This document shows positions 1 through 9,920 of a DNA stretch of 64,000 nucleotides, one piece after another. The DNA comes from Halorutilales archaeon Cl-col2-1 (lineage in GTDB: Archaea; Halobacteriota; Halobacteria; Halobacteriales; Afararchaeaceae), in the NCBI GenBank assembly GCA_041891055.1, contig CP169074.1:1088001-1152000 (forward strand). The letters are read 5' to 3'. The notes below the pieces were generated by a model. That model was not told the origin of the DNA. It was given only the letters and a program-made list of their open reading frames with translations, and searched no databases. Each line of letters starts with the position of its first letter. Position 1 is the first letter of the stretch. The translations under genes were made by a program, and so were the position numbers.

Positions 1-42
1 GAGATCGAGGAGACTCTAGAGGCTTACAAGGAAGCCCTATGA
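1..42 (+). CDS. hemL: 3' end of glutamate-1-semialdehyde 2,1-aminomutase (partial)
   Basis: Frame 1 reads EIEETLEAYKEAL*, resembling the haloarchaeal HemL C-terminus; the stop overlaps the hemC start (ATGA). Confidence 0.7.
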   Translation, partial: EIEETLEAYKEAL

Positions 43-953
43 TAAGGATAGGAACACGTGGAAGCGACCTCGCTCTATACCAGACACGTAAGGTTCAGTC
101 GTTTCTCAGGTCAGAGTCGGAGTACGAGGTCGTCGAGACGTCGGGAGACAGGAGCCAGGACAGGTTTGACTCGAAGGTCACCGAGATAGGCGGACAGGGG
201 GTCTTCGTGAGGGAGATAGACGCACGTGTCTCCGACGGCGACTTCGACGCCGCGGTACACTCGATGAAGGACATGCCCGTCGAACGCCCCGAGGGTGTCG
301 AGATCGCGGCTGTGCTCGAACGCGACACTCCCAACGACGTTCTGGTCTCGACAGACGAAAAGGAGATAGACGACCTCGGACACGGCGCTGTGATAGGGAC
401 TTCGAGCCAGAGGAGACGCGCACAGATAAAGAGGTACAGGGACGACCTCAACGTACAGGGTCTCAGGGGAAACGTCGACACACGTATAGACAAACTCAGA
501 AGGGGAGACTACGACGCAGTCGTCCTCTCGGGCGCGGGACTCGAACGTATGGACATCGATATTCCGAGCGTGAAACTCAGCCTCTCGGAGTTCGTGCCGA
601 GTGCGAACCAGGGCGTGATCGCTGTCACAGCGCGCGAGGAGACAGACGAGTTCGAGGAGATACGTGGGATAGACCACCCGAAGACACGTGTTGAGACGAC
701 AGCCGAGAGGGTCGTCCTCGCCGAGATAGGCGCGGGATGTGTGGCTCCCATGGGCGTCTACGCGCGTATAAAGGGCGAACACATAGAGATTACCGCCGAG
801 GTACTGTCTCTCGACGGAGAGGAACAGGTCAGGGTCGAGGACAAGATACCCGTCGAGTCGTACTACGAGGGCGCGCAGGAGGTCGCCGACGAGATGGTCG
901 ACAGGGGCGCGGTAGAGCTCGTCGAGGAGGCAACCCGGGACGAAAACAAGTAA
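39..953 (+). CDS. hemC: Hydroxymethylbilane synthase (porphobilinogen deaminase)
   Basis: IGTRGSDLA, VHSMKDMP, GTSSQRR, RGNVDTR and GAGC cofactor-Cys motifs. Confidence 0.97.
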   Translation: MIRIGTRGSDLALYQTRKVQSFLRSESEYEVVETSGDRSQDRFDSKVTEIGGQGVFVREIDARVSDGDFDAAVHSMKDMPVERPEGVEIAAVLERDTPNDVLVSTDEKEIDDLGHGAVIGTSSQRRRAQIKRYRDDLNVQGLRGNVDTRIDKLRRGDYDAVVLSGAGLERMDIDIPSVKLSLSEFVPSANQGVIAVTAREETDEFEEIRGIDHPKTRVETTAERVVLAEIGAGCVAPMGVYARIKGEHIEITAEVLSLDGEEQVRVEDKIPVESYYEGAQEVADEMVDRGAVELVEEATRDENK

Positions 954-986
954 ACTTGAAGTAATACAAATCTATTTGTAGAGTTG

Positions 987-1937
987 ATGGACGAGACGAG
1001 AAACGAGACCGTCGTGGGAGACGGAGCACGTGTCGAGTACGACCACGACGCCGAGGGAGAACGAGACACCGAGGCACGAAGTAAGGGTAACCACGATGAC
1101 TCCGGCGGTCTCGGGGACGTAGATGTGAACGCGAGGAAGAACGGAGGCGCGGAGAGCACGGAGGCGGAGACAACAAGATCCGAGAACGGAACGGTCTACT
1201 TAGTCGGCGCAGGACCCGGAGATCCCGAGCTTCTGACACTTAAGGCGGGACGTCTCCTCAAAGAGGCGGACTCGGTTCTCCACGACTCGCTAGTCGGCGA
1301 CGGTGTTCTCGACCTGATACCCGACTCGACCGACGTGGTTAACGTCGGAAAGAGACCCGACGGAAAGACGACTCCACAGGAAGAGATCAACTCGCTGATG
1401 GTCGAAGAGGCGCGCGAGGGGAAGACAGTAGTGCGTCTCAAGGGTGGAGACCCCGACGTATTCGGGAGAGGCGGAGAGGAGGCGGAACATCTCGCCTCCG
1501 AGGACGTCGAGTTCGAGATAGTTCCGGGAGTCACGAGCGTCGTCGCCGCCTCGGGCGTCTCGGGGATACCTCTGACACACAGAAACCACTCTTCGAGCTT
1601 TACCGTAATTACGGGACACGAAGACCCCACGAAGGAAGAGAGTGCGATCGACTGGGAAGCCCTCGCACGTAACATAGAAGCAGGAGGAACACTCGTAATC
1701 CTGATGGGGGTCAGACGTCTCCCCGACAACGTCGAAGCACTCACGCGACACGGGGTCGACGCAAGTACGCCAGCCGCGATGGTCGAGAAAGCGACACGTG
1801 ACGGCGAGAAGTACGTGACAGGGAGTCTCGAAAACATAGTCGAGAGGACGAGGGACGAGGGGATAGAGTCGCCGGCTATAACGGTTATAGGCGACGTAGT
1901 TAAGGTGCGCGACGAGATAGATGACCTCATACTCTAA
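987..1937 (+). CDS. cobA: Uroporphyrinogen-III C-methyltransferase with acidic N-terminal extension
   Basis: VYLVGAGPGDPELLTLK, VRLKGGDP.VFGRGGEE and GIPLTHR motifs; ATG at 987 (ORF track uses TTG at 984). Confidence 0.95.
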   Translation: MDETRNETVVGDGARVEYDHDAEGERDTEARSKGNHDDSGGLGDVDVNARKNGGAESTEAETTRSENGTVYLVGAGPGDPELLTLKAGRLLKEADSVLHDSLVGDGVLDLIPDSTDVVNVGKRPDGKTTPQEEINSLMVEEAREGKTVVRLKGGDPDVFGRGGEEAEHLASEDVEFEIVPGVTSVVAASGVSGIPLTHRNHSSSFTVITGHEDPTKEESAIDWEALARNIEAGGTLVILMGVRRLPDNVEALTRHGVDASTPAAMVEKATRDGEKYVTGSLENIVERTRDEGIESPAITVIGDVVKVRDEIDDLIL

Positions 1938-1938
1938 G

Positions 1939-2724
1939 ATGACGACTAAGACAGAAACTGATACTGAGGCTGAGACTGACACGGATACCGGGGCAGACAG
2001 GCTGAGAGTAGCTATATTCCGTCCGTCGGGAAGACGTGAGGACGAGAGCGTCGAACTCCTCGAAGGCATGGGGCACGAGGTCTTGAGCGACCCTCTCCTC
2101 GAACCCCGAGCGACGTCGGAGGCGCCTCTCGCCTCAGCGGATTTCACCGTGTTCACGAGCGTCACAGGTGTCGACCTCGCTCTGTCGTCGCTCGATCCCG
2201 AGGATCTGGAGTCTACACACGTCTGTGCGATAGGTCCCAAGACGTGTGACGCCCTCGAAGAAAGAGGAGTCGAAGTCTCGGTAGTCCCCGACGAGTACAC
2301 GAGCACGGGGCTCGTCGAGTGCCTCGGCGACGAAGTCGAGGAGAAGAAGGTCGAGGTCGCGAGGAGTGACCACGGATCACAGAAACTCATCGACGGACTC
2401 AACGACAAAGGTGCTTTCGTCCACGAGACGGTACTCTACAAGTTAGTGAGACCCGAGGGAGGCGGAGACGAGACTGTCGAAGGCGTCTTAGACGGCGAGG
2501 TCGACGCAGTCCTCTTCACGTCTTCTCTGACGGTCGAGCATCTCGTCGAGGCATCGGGAGACAAGTCGGAGAGTTTCATCGAAAAGCTCAACGACGGCGT
2601 CTTCGTTGGCGCGATAGGAGAGCCGACACGCGAGACTGCGGAGTCAGTCGGCATAGACGTCGACTACGTCCCCGAAGAGGAGACATTCGAGTCTCTCGCA
2701 GACGGTGTGGGTCTCAGCCATTAA
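1939..2724 (+). CDS. hemD: Uroporphyrinogen-III synthase
   Basis: VFTSVTGV, AIGPKT, VPDEYTS, FTSSLTV, AIGEPT motifs; hem operon context; ATG at 1939 directly after the cobA stop. Confidence 0.92.
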   Translation: MTTKTETDTEAETDTDTGADRLRVAIFRPSGRREDESVELLEGMGHEVLSDPLLEPRATSEAPLASADFTVFTSVTGVDLALSSLDPEDLESTHVCAIGPKTCDALEERGVEVSVVPDEYTSTGLVECLGDEVEEKKVEVARSDHGSQKLIDGLNDKGAFVHETVLYKLVRPEGGGDETVEGVLDGEVDAVLFTSSLTVEHLVEASGDKSESFIEKLNDGVFVGAIGEPTRETAESVGIDVDYVPEEETFESLADGVGLSH

Positions 2725-3607
2725 GATACGACTTCTGAGCCCCTCTCACGAGCGCGGTGAGTGTCTGGTTGAGGCTGACGTCGACGCCGCGGCTGTTCGC
2801 GATCTCGACGACGTAGCCGTTTATCGCATCGATCTCGGTTCGTCTCCGGCTTCTTAGATCCTGTAACATGCTTGAGTAGTTCGGAGCGGTAGCCCTCGCG
2901 ACCTCGACGGCTCTGTCTCCCGAGCCGTCTATATCGACGCCTTCTGATGACGCGACCTCCTCGACCTCACGCGCGGCTTTCTCTACGATGTGTCTGAGAC
3001 CGTCGTCCTCGATTACCTCGCCGTTGGTGAGACGTGTGATCGCTGTCACGGGATTTATACCCGCGTTGACGGCGGTCTTCGACCAGAGTCTCCGGGGCAT
3101 GTCGTCGCGCACCTGGACGTCGATACCCTTCGAGAGGAGGGCTACCACATCGTCGGCAGTCTCCGAGACGCCTCCGTCGGGGTCGCCGACCTCGACTGTT
3201 CCGGCTCCGGTGTAGCCCACGACACCCGGTTGGCGCAGGCTCGCGCCGTAGGTCGTCGTCCCAGCGAGGACGCGGCAGTCAGTCACAGAAGACAGAGTCT
3301 CCTCGTTCCCCATCCCGTTCTGGAGGCTCACGACGACGTTCTGGCGACCTCTCAGAGACTCGGCGGCTTCGCGGGTGTCGTAGCTCTTGACCGTAACGAG
3401 GGTGACCTCGGCGTCGCCGGGGGACGTCGAAGCCTCGGGGTAGACAGTGAGGTTCTCTTTGCCCTCGATCCTGAGACCATTACGACGTATCTCAGAGACG
3501 TGGCTCTGTCTTCCCACGAGCCTGACATCGAGACCCGCGTGAGAGAGTAGACCGCCTATCAGACTTCCGAGGCTTCCGGCTCCAAAGACCTGAACGTCGA
3601 CTCCCAT
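2714..3607 (-). CDS. panE: 2-dehydropantoate 2-reductase (ketopantoate reductase)
   Basis: GAGSLG Rossmann motif, VKSYD, SLQNGMG, W.K..VN..INP, SSMLQD, TEIDAING; start trimmed to MGVDVQ. Confidence 0.93.
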   Translation of the reverse strand: MGVDVQVFGAGSLGSLIGGLLSHAGLDVRLVGRQSHVSEIRRNGLRIEGKENLTVYPEASTSPGDAEVTLVTVKSYDTREAAESLRGRQNVVVSLQNGMGNEETLSSVTDCRVLAGTTTYGASLRQPGVVGYTGAGTVEVGDPDGGVSETADDVVALLSKGIDVQVRDDMPRRLWSKTAVNAGINPVTAITRLTNGEVIEDDGLRHIVEKAAREVEEVASSEGVDIDGSGDRAVEVARATAPNYSSMLQDLRSRRRTEIDAINGYVVEIANSRGVDVSLNQTLTALVRGAQKSYLNG

Positions 3608-3675
3608 CGTGTCTGAGTAGCCGAAACCCCGCCAAATAGTTAATGTTAACACAGTAACTGACGATATTCGTGATA

Positions 3676-4785
3676 ATGAGTGAGTCGAACGTCCGGCGGA
3701 TAGTAGTCCCCGTCGCCGACTCGGTCACGATGCGTGACACGGTGGCTTACGCCGTACGCCTCGCCGTCGGATCGTTCGAGGAAAACGGAGACGAGGGAAA
3801 GGGGGAGGACGTTCCGAGTTCACGACCACGTGTCGACTTCATACAGCCCGTGAGCTGGAAACGTGAGAGTCTGAGAGCCGAGGCGGTGAAGGAGTCGGAG
3901 GAGACACTCGACCGCGTGCGGACGTGGGTATACGACGACCTCGGCATCGAGGGGGAGGAGGAGACGGATATCGAGATCAACACCGAGGTCGTAGAGACCG
4001 ACGAGTACCTCTTCAGCCTCAAGGACTACGCCGACACGGTCGTGAGATACGCCCGGAGACACCGACTCGACCACGTCGTACTCGATCCCGAGTACCATCC
4101 GAGGGGGCGCGGCGGTCTTCTGACTCCCCTAGAGACGGAGATAGACTTGGCTGAGGGAATTACCTACGAAAAGGCACCCGTGGAACGCGAGGTGCGCGGA
4201 AGGGAGTTCCTCGGCAGGGTCGCCGAGCCGACGGCGTTCGGAGCCACGTTTCTTCTGTCTTTTGTGTTCTACCAGGTCTTAGGCGGCTTCTCGGGGAGCT
4301 TCGATTACATAACCGGCGGCATAACCGCTTTGGTAGTCGCAAGCGTCGTCTCGGGCATCACATTCGAGACACGTCTCGATCCCTCCTCGGCAGTCGCCAC
4401 GACTGTTCGGTGGCTGGGATACGTGCCACAGCTTCTCTGGAAGATCGCCGTGGCGAACATAGAGGTCGCATACATAGTCCTACATCCGTCCCTGCCGATA
4501 GACCCGAGCATCGAGTCGGTAAAGCCGGCTGTTCCGTCGGGGCTTCCGTCGACCACCCTCGCCAACAGTATCACGCTGACACCCGGGACTGTGACAGTCG
4601 ACGTCCGTGGACGTGAGTTCAAGGTTCACGCACTCACCGACTCGGCGCGTGAGGGACTCTACGCTGGCGAGATAGAGCGTCTGGTGAGGTTCGTCTTCTT
4701 CGGACGCGCAGCGATGGATCTGCCCTCACCGAGGGAACGAGGCGTAGTAGAGACACGGCAGACACAGGAGGACGACGGAGGATGA
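3676..4785 (+). CDS. mnhE: Mrp/Mnh cation/H+ antiporter subunit E with N-terminal USP-like domain
   Basis: C-terminal LANSITLTPGTVTVD and VHAL MnhE motifs; N-terminal IVVPVADS USP-like strand. Confidence 0.9.
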   Translation: MSESNVRRIVVPVADSVTMRDTVAYAVRLAVGSFEENGDEGKGEDVPSSRPRVDFIQPVSWKRESLRAEAVKESEETLDRVRTWVYDDLGIEGEEETDIEINTEVVETDEYLFSLKDYADTVVRYARRHRLDHVVLDPEYHPRGRGGLLTPLETEIDLAEGITYEKAPVEREVRGREFLGRVAEPTAFGATFLLSFVFYQVLGGFSGSFDYITGGITALVVASVVSGITFETRLDPSSAVATTVRWLGYVPQLLWKIAVANIEVAYIVLHPSLPIDPSIESVKPAVPSGLPSTTLANSITLTPGTVTVDVRGREFKVHALTDSAREGLYAGEIERLVRFVFFGRAAMDLPSPRERGVVETRQTQEDDGG

Positions 4786-5060
4786 CCATGTCTATCGAGG
4801 AGGTCTTCACAGTCTTCGCGGTGGCTTTCGTGGCTCTGGGTATAGGAGCTATGTACAGGGTGATACGGGGACCTACGACCTACGACCGCGTCATAGGGGT
4901 CAACGCAGTCGGAACGACGACTGTTCTGATAATAGTCGTCTTCTCTGTGAGTCTCGACGAGCCGATGTTCCTCGATGTCGCAGTCGTCTACGGTCTTCTC
5001 AACTTCGTGATGAGCATCGCAGTCTCGAAGTTCGGTGTCGAGTGGGGTGATGTCCTGTGA
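4782..5060 (+). CDS. mnhF: Mrp/Mnh antiporter subunit F
   Basis: RVIRGPTTYDRV motif, three hydrophobic helices, operon context. Confidence 0.92.
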   Translation: MTMSIEEVFTVFAVAFVALGIGAMYRVIRGPTTYDRVIGVNAVGTTTVLIIVVFSVSLDEPMFLDVAVVYGLLNFVMSIAVSKFGVEWGDVL

Positions 5061-5401
5061 CTCCTCTCGAATGGGCGAGTGTTCTTCTAGTCGCGGTCGG
5101 ATTCTTCTTCAGCTTGGTCGCCGTCGTGGGTCTCGTGCGTCTTCCCGACCTCTACACGCGCGCCCACGCGACATCGAAGGCGGACACCCTCGGAACCGTC
5201 CTGACACTCGGGGGCGCGGCTCTCGCCTTCGAGTCGTCGGTTCCACGTGCGAAGCTAGTCGTCTTAGCCGGATTCATGCTGATCACGAGTCCGACAGCTG
5301 CACACGCGATCACGAGAGCGGCGTACGACCAAGGAGTCGAAGTCTGGACTAAGACCAGTTCTGAAGACGACGACGCGAGTACGGGAGGTGAGAGGACATG
5401 A
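5057..5401 (+). CDS. mnhG: Mrp/Mnh antiporter subunit G
   Basis: RLPDLYTRAHATSKADTLG and SPTAAHAI motifs. Confidence 0.94.
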   Translation: MTPLEWASVLLVAVGFFFSLVAVVGLVRLPDLYTRAHATSKADTLGTVLTLGGAALAFESSVPRAKLVVLAGFMLITSPTAAHAITRAAYDQGVEVWTKTSSEDDDASTGGERT

Positions 5402-5940
5402 TGGGAGTAGTCGGGGAGGTACTCCTCGTCTTCGTCATAGTCGCGGCTCTGAGTACCGTCTTCCTGCGTGACCTCCTCGCCTCGATAGTCGCGTTCTCGG
5501 CGTACAGCTTAGGTCTCGCACTTCTCTGGCTCAGCCTACGTGCCCCCGACGTCGCGCTCACGGAGGCGGCGATAGGAGCGGGTGTAATGACTGCATTGCT
5601 TCTCCTTACACTCGCTAAGACAGCCCGTCCGTCGACAGACGGGAGTACCTTCGACACCGTGAGATGGCGCGGAGTCATCGTCGTGGGGCTCTTAGGCGTG
5701 GCACTCCTGTCTACGGTTCCGGCTATACCCGAGGTCGGCGACCCGAATGCGCCGGCTTACCAGAACCCCGACGTGACCCAGTACTACTTAGAGAACGCCT
5801 ACGAGGAGACAGAGGTTAGGAACGTCGTGACGGCGGTTCTCGCGGCTTACCGTGGCTTCGACACATTCGGCGAGGCTGTCGTCGTCTTCAGTTCAGGGAT
5901 CGCGGTTCTGTTAGCCGTCAAGAGGGAGGTGTTCACATAG
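5398..5940 (+). CDS. mnhB1: Mrp/Mnh antiporter subunit B, N-terminal part (DUF4040-type)
   Basis: APDVALTEAAIGAG and NVVTAVLAAYRGFDTFGE motifs. Confidence 0.9.
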   Translation: MMGVVGEVLLVFVIVAALSTVFLRDLLASIVAFSAYSLGLALLWLSLRAPDVALTEAAIGAGVMTALLLLTLAKTARPSTDGSTFDTVRWRGVIVVGLLGVALLSTVPAIPEVGDPNAPAYQNPDVTQYYLENAYEETEVRNVVTAVLAAYRGFDTFGEAVVVFSSGIAVLLAVKREVFT

Positions 5941-6465
5941 ATGAGTGATACTTCGTCGGAGTCGGCGTCAACGTCTACGTCTACTTCCGAAGACGGTTCG
6001 AGAAGACCCTATACTGAGAGTAGCGTCATAATGACGACTGTCCGTGTCCTAGCACCCTTCGTGATAACCTACGGACTCTTCGTGATGTTCCACGGAGCCG
6101 ACTCGTCGGGAGGAGGCTTCCAGGGAGGAGCGATAGTCGCCTCGATGGTGATACTCATCGGATTCGCGTACGGCATCTTTCCGACGATGAAGTGGTTCAC
6201 GAACACAGCCGTCGTAGTCTTAGCGACGGGAGGTGCTCTCGGCTTCGTCGCGATAGGACTCGGAGCTATCGTCTCGGGAGGAAGCTTCTTAGAGTACGCG
6301 GCGTATCCGATAGGTCACTCGTCGAAGTACGGCATAGAGGCTGTCGAACTCGGCATAGGAGGCGTGGTCGCGGGAGTCATATCGGGACTCTTCTTCGCCG
6401 TAGCACGTGGCTTCACCGAGAACGACAACGGGAACAGCCGAACCGACACGGAGGCAGAAAAATGA
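5941..6465 (+). CDS. mnhB2: Mrp/Mnh antiporter subunit B, C-terminal part
   Basis: HGADSSGGGFQGG motif. Confidence 0.9.
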   Translation: MSDTSSESASTSTSTSEDGSRRPYTESSVIMTTVRVLAPFVITYGLFVMFHGADSSGGGFQGGAIVASMVILIGFAYGIFPTMKWFTNTAVVVLATGGALGFVAIGLGAIVSGGSFLEYAAYPIGHSSKYGIEAVELGIGGVVAGVISGLFFAVARGFTENDNGNSRTDTEAEK

Positions 6466-6824
6466 TAGATATACTACTCACACGGTACAGCTACATCGGA
6501 GGAGTCTTTCTGATAGCCAGTGGACTCTACCTCGTCGCGACCAACCCCAACTTAGTGAAGAAGATAATAGGCATGAATATCTTCCAGACGGGAATATTCC
6601 TCTTCTTCATATCGACGGCTTTCGTCGAGGGAGGGTCGGCACCCGTGATAACAGAAGGCGAGACGGCATTACACGTGAGTCCGCTCCCCCACGTACTCAT
6701 ACTCACCGCGATAGTAGTGGGGCTGAGTCTGACAGCCGTGGGTCTCGCACTCGTGGTACGTATCTACACCGAGTACGGCACTCTGAACGAGGACAGCATG
6801 AGGGAGATAGAAGCACATGACTGA
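6462..6824 (+). CDS. mnhC: Mrp/Mnh antiporter subunit C
   Basis: NLVKKIIG and PLPHVLILTAIVVG motifs; ATG at 6462 overlaps the upstream stop (ATGA); the ORF-track extension to 6192 is spurious. Confidence 0.93.
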   Translation: MIDILLTRYSYIGGVFLIASGLYLVATNPNLVKKIIGMNIFQTGIFLFFISTAFVEGGSAPVITEGETALHVSPLPHVLILTAIVVGLSLTAVGLALVVRIYTEYGTLNEDSMREIEAHD

Positions 6825-8304
6825 CTCAATACCTCTCGCGGTAGTAGTGCCCATAATCGGTGGGGTAGTCTCGCTCCTCGTGGGACTCCGGCGCGAGAAG
6901 TCGGGATGGGCGGTGAGTGTAGTCACCGTCTTAGCCGAGGCTGTCCTAGTCGTCGACATACTCACCTCGGTGGCTTCGGCGTCCGGGAGACGTGTGACCT
7001 ACCACGTCGGTGGCTTCGCTCCCCCCGCGGGGATAGAGCTGGTCGCCGACGGCTTCTCAGCATCGGTCGTGGCTCTCGTATCAGCCGTAGCACTCGGCTT
7101 CTTAGCCTACTCACGTGAGTCCGACCGCGGTAACGCCTTCTACACAGCCTTCCTGGTTCTCGTGGGGGGGCTTTCGGGATTCGTCCTGACGGGCGACCTC
7201 TTCAACATGTACGTCTTCTTAGAGATAACGGGTCTCACAGCCTACGCACTCGTAGCAAGCGGTGACTCGCCGAGAAGCGCGGTAGCGAGTCTCAAGTACC
7301 TCGTAGTCGGAACGGTAGGAGCCTCACTCTTCCTCTTAGGCGTGGGGTATCTCTATATCGCTACGGGGACACTCAACATGGTCGACCTCTCGGAGAGGAT
7401 TGCGGATTTCGGATACTCGTCACGTCTCGTGGTATCCGGATTCGGTCTGATACTCACGGGTCTCTTAGTCAAGGCAGCAATCTTCCCTCTCCACACGTGG
7501 CAGCCCGACGCCTACGCCGAGTCGCCCGACAGCGTCTCGGCTCTCATCTCGGCACTTGTCTCGACCGCGGCGGTCTATGGACTCGCCCGGGTTATCTATA
7601 CGGTCTTCACGGTAGATTTCTTCGAGGCTGTACCCGTCGCACGTGACGTGGTACTCTACTTAGCCTCGGTGAGTATCGTCGCCGGCAGCGTCCTGGCGGT
7701 TCTCCAGACGGATATCAAACGTATGCTCGCATACTCGTCGGTCTCCCAGTACGGACTCATAGTCGCTGGATTCGTGATGGGAACCAAACAAGCCGCAGTA
7801 GGAGGTCTCATCTACCTTCTGGGACACGCCGTCCTCAAGGGCGGTGCCTTCGCCGCCGCTGGTGCCGTAGCCGCCGAGACCGGGGACAGAAAGGTCGACG
7901 AGTACGCGGGTCTCTTCGGGCGGTCTCGTGTCACAGCCGTGGGACTTGGGGTTATAGCTATGGGTCTGATAGGAGTCCCGCCAGGACCCGGCTTCGTCGG
8001 AAAGTGGTACATAGTCGTGGGGGCAGTCGAGACGGGGTCGTGGGTGGTCGCGGGAGTGATACTCGTGAGTACAGTCCTCTCGCTCGCTTACCTCGCACGC
8101 ATAGTCGAACGTGTCTTCTTCGCGGGCAGAGATACAACTGACGCACCAACCGGAGCCGCGGCAGACGGCGGGTCTCCCGGAGGAGCGTCGACAGGAATGG
8201 TAGCCGTCGTCGTCACCGCGGCAGTCGTCGGCATGGCTCTCGGACCTATGGGAACCGTAGTCGAGAGCTTCGCGGATCCCGTACTTACGGAGGTGTTCGG
8301 ATAA
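6817..8304 (+). CDS. mnhD1: Mrp/Mnh antiporter subunit D (copy 1)
   Basis: DLFNMYVFLEI, KAAIFPLHTWQPDAY, KRMLAYSS, FVGKW motifs. Confidence 0.93.
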   Translation: MTDSIPLAVVVPIIGGVVSLLVGLRREKSGWAVSVVTVLAEAVLVVDILTSVASASGRRVTYHVGGFAPPAGIELVADGFSASVVALVSAVALGFLAYSRESDRGNAFYTAFLVLVGGLSGFVLTGDLFNMYVFLEITGLTAYALVASGDSPRSAVASLKYLVVGTVGASLFLLGVGYLYIATGTLNMVDLSERIADFGYSSRLVVSGFGLILTGLLVKAAIFPLHTWQPDAYAESPDSVSALISALVSTAAVYGLARVIYTVFTVDFFEAVPVARDVVLYLASVSIVAGSVLAVLQTDIKRMLAYSSVSQYGLIVAGFVMGTKQAAVGGLIYLLGHAVLKGGAFAAAGAVAAETGDRKVDEYAGLFGRSRVTAVGLGVIAMGLIGVPPGPGFVGKWYIVVGAVETGSWVVAGVILVSTVLSLAYLARIVERVFFAGRDTTDAPTGAAADGGSPGGASTGMVAVVVTAAVVGMALGPMGTVVESFADPVLTEVFG

Positions 8305-9920
8305 TGTCAGAGGTAGAGTCCCTACGTCCGATAGCAGCAGTTCTCGTATCGGGGTTAGCTATTCCGGTCATACTCGCACTGAGCGACAGACCTAACCTGC
8401 GTGAGGCAGCCACTGTGGTCGTCGCAGTCGCGAAGGTGAGTGTAGTCGGAAGCATGGTACCCGGTGTACTCGGAGGCTCGGTTTACACGACCGACCTCGG
8501 AGAGTTAGCCACAGGGATCGGATTCGTCCTGCGTGTCGACGCACTCGGACTCGTCTTCGGTCTACTCGCGAGCTTCCTGTGGGTGGTCACGAGCTTCTAC
8601 AGCATCGGATACATGCGTGGACTCGACGAGGGGTCACAGACACGTTACTTCGCCTTCTTCGCCGCGAGCCTCAGCAGCGCGATAGGTGTGGCGTTCTCCG
8701 CCAACCTCGTGACCCTCTTCGTCTTCTACGAGGTTCTGACGGTCTCGACTTACCCACTTGTCACACACGACGAGGACGCCGAGGCGCGCAGAGCCGGAAG
8801 GAAGTACCTCGCGTACACCTTCTCAGGGGGTATCGCTGTCTTAGCCGGAACCGTCCTCGTACAGTCGATCGCGGGGACGACGGCGTTCAGTCCGGGAGGG
8901 ATAGAGGGACTCGCGACAGCAGATCCCGCTTTAGCGCGTCTCGGCTTCGGTCTCCTCGCGGGTGGCTTCGGTGTCAAGGCAGCCCTGATGCCTCTCCACT
9001 CGTGGCTCCCCGACGCGATGGTGGCTCCGACCCCCGTCTCGGGGCTCCTCCACGCCGTCGCAGTCGTCAAGAGCGGCGTCTTCGGAATAGCACGCGTCAC
9101 ACTCGACGTCTACGGTCCCGGTGCAGTGAGGGAGCTCGGAGTGGGTCTGCCACTCGCGGCGGTCGCGGCGTTCACGATCATAGCCGCGAGCCTGATAGCA
9201 CTCCGCCAGGACAACCTCAAGCGGCGTCTCGCGTACTCGACGATCAGCCAGCTCTCGTACATAGTCCTGGGTCTCGGCGTGATGTCGGGTAGCTCTGTCG
9301 TCGGCGGGCTTCTCCATATCCCCGCACACGCATTCATGAAGCTCACACTCTTCTTCTGCGCGGGGGTGATACACGTCGAGACACACACGGACGACATATC
9401 CGACATGGCAGGGATCGGTAGACGTATGCCCGTGACGATGACTGCGTTCGCGGTCGCTTCGGCGGGGATGGCAGGGATTCCGCTCGTGGCGGGATTCGTG
9501 AGCAAGTGGTACCTACTGATAGGAAGCCTCAACGCGGGACAGACGGTCTTCGCTCTCGCGCTTCTCGTCTCCGGAATGTTAAACATCGCCTACTTCTGGC
9601 CCATAGTCTACCAGGCTTTCTTCGAGACTCGTGACGACCACGACGAAAAGCCCCTGATAGAGGGCAGCTACGGAGGCAGAGAACAAGCCACCGACGGAGG
9701 ACAGACGGATCACGACGACGACCGCGACTACGATCACGGTCAGAGTCACACAGGCGGCTGGGAGAAACGAGGCTGGCGCGGCGACGAGTCGACGTGGTTC
9801 ATGCTGGGTCCGGTCGTGACTGCGGCAGTCGGAGCGGTCGGTCTCGGGGTCGCTCCCGCGGCGTTCGTCTTCCTGCGTCTCGTGAGTAAGGTCGCCGCGG
9901 ACGTGGGGGTGATGGGATGA
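8304..9920 (+). CDS. mnhD2: Mrp/Mnh antiporter subunit D (copy 2)
   Basis: LFVFYE, KAALMPLHSWLPDAMVAPTPVS, KRRLAYST motifs. Confidence 0.92.
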   Translation: MSEVESLRPIAAVLVSGLAIPVILALSDRPNLREAATVVVAVAKVSVVGSMVPGVLGGSVYTTDLGELATGIGFVLRVDALGLVFGLLASFLWVVTSFYSIGYMRGLDEGSQTRYFAFFAASLSSAIGVAFSANLVTLFVFYEVLTVSTYPLVTHDEDAEARRAGRKYLAYTFSGGIAVLAGTVLVQSIAGTTAFSPGGIEGLATADPALARLGFGLLAGGFGVKAALMPLHSWLPDAMVAPTPVSGLLHAVAVVKSGVFGIARVTLDVYGPGAVRELGVGLPLAAVAAFTIIAASLIALRQDNLKRRLAYSTISQLSYIVLGLGVMSGSSVVGGLLHIPAHAFMKLTLFFCAGVIHVETHTDDISDMAGIGRRMPVTMTAFAVASAGMAGIPLVAGFVSKWYLLIGSLNAGQTVFALALLVSGMLNIAYFWPIVYQAFFETRDDHDEKPLIEGSYGGREQATDGGQTDHDDDRDYDHGQSHTGGWEKRGWRGDESTWFMLGPVVTAAVGAVGLGVAPAAFVFLRLVSKVAADVGVMG

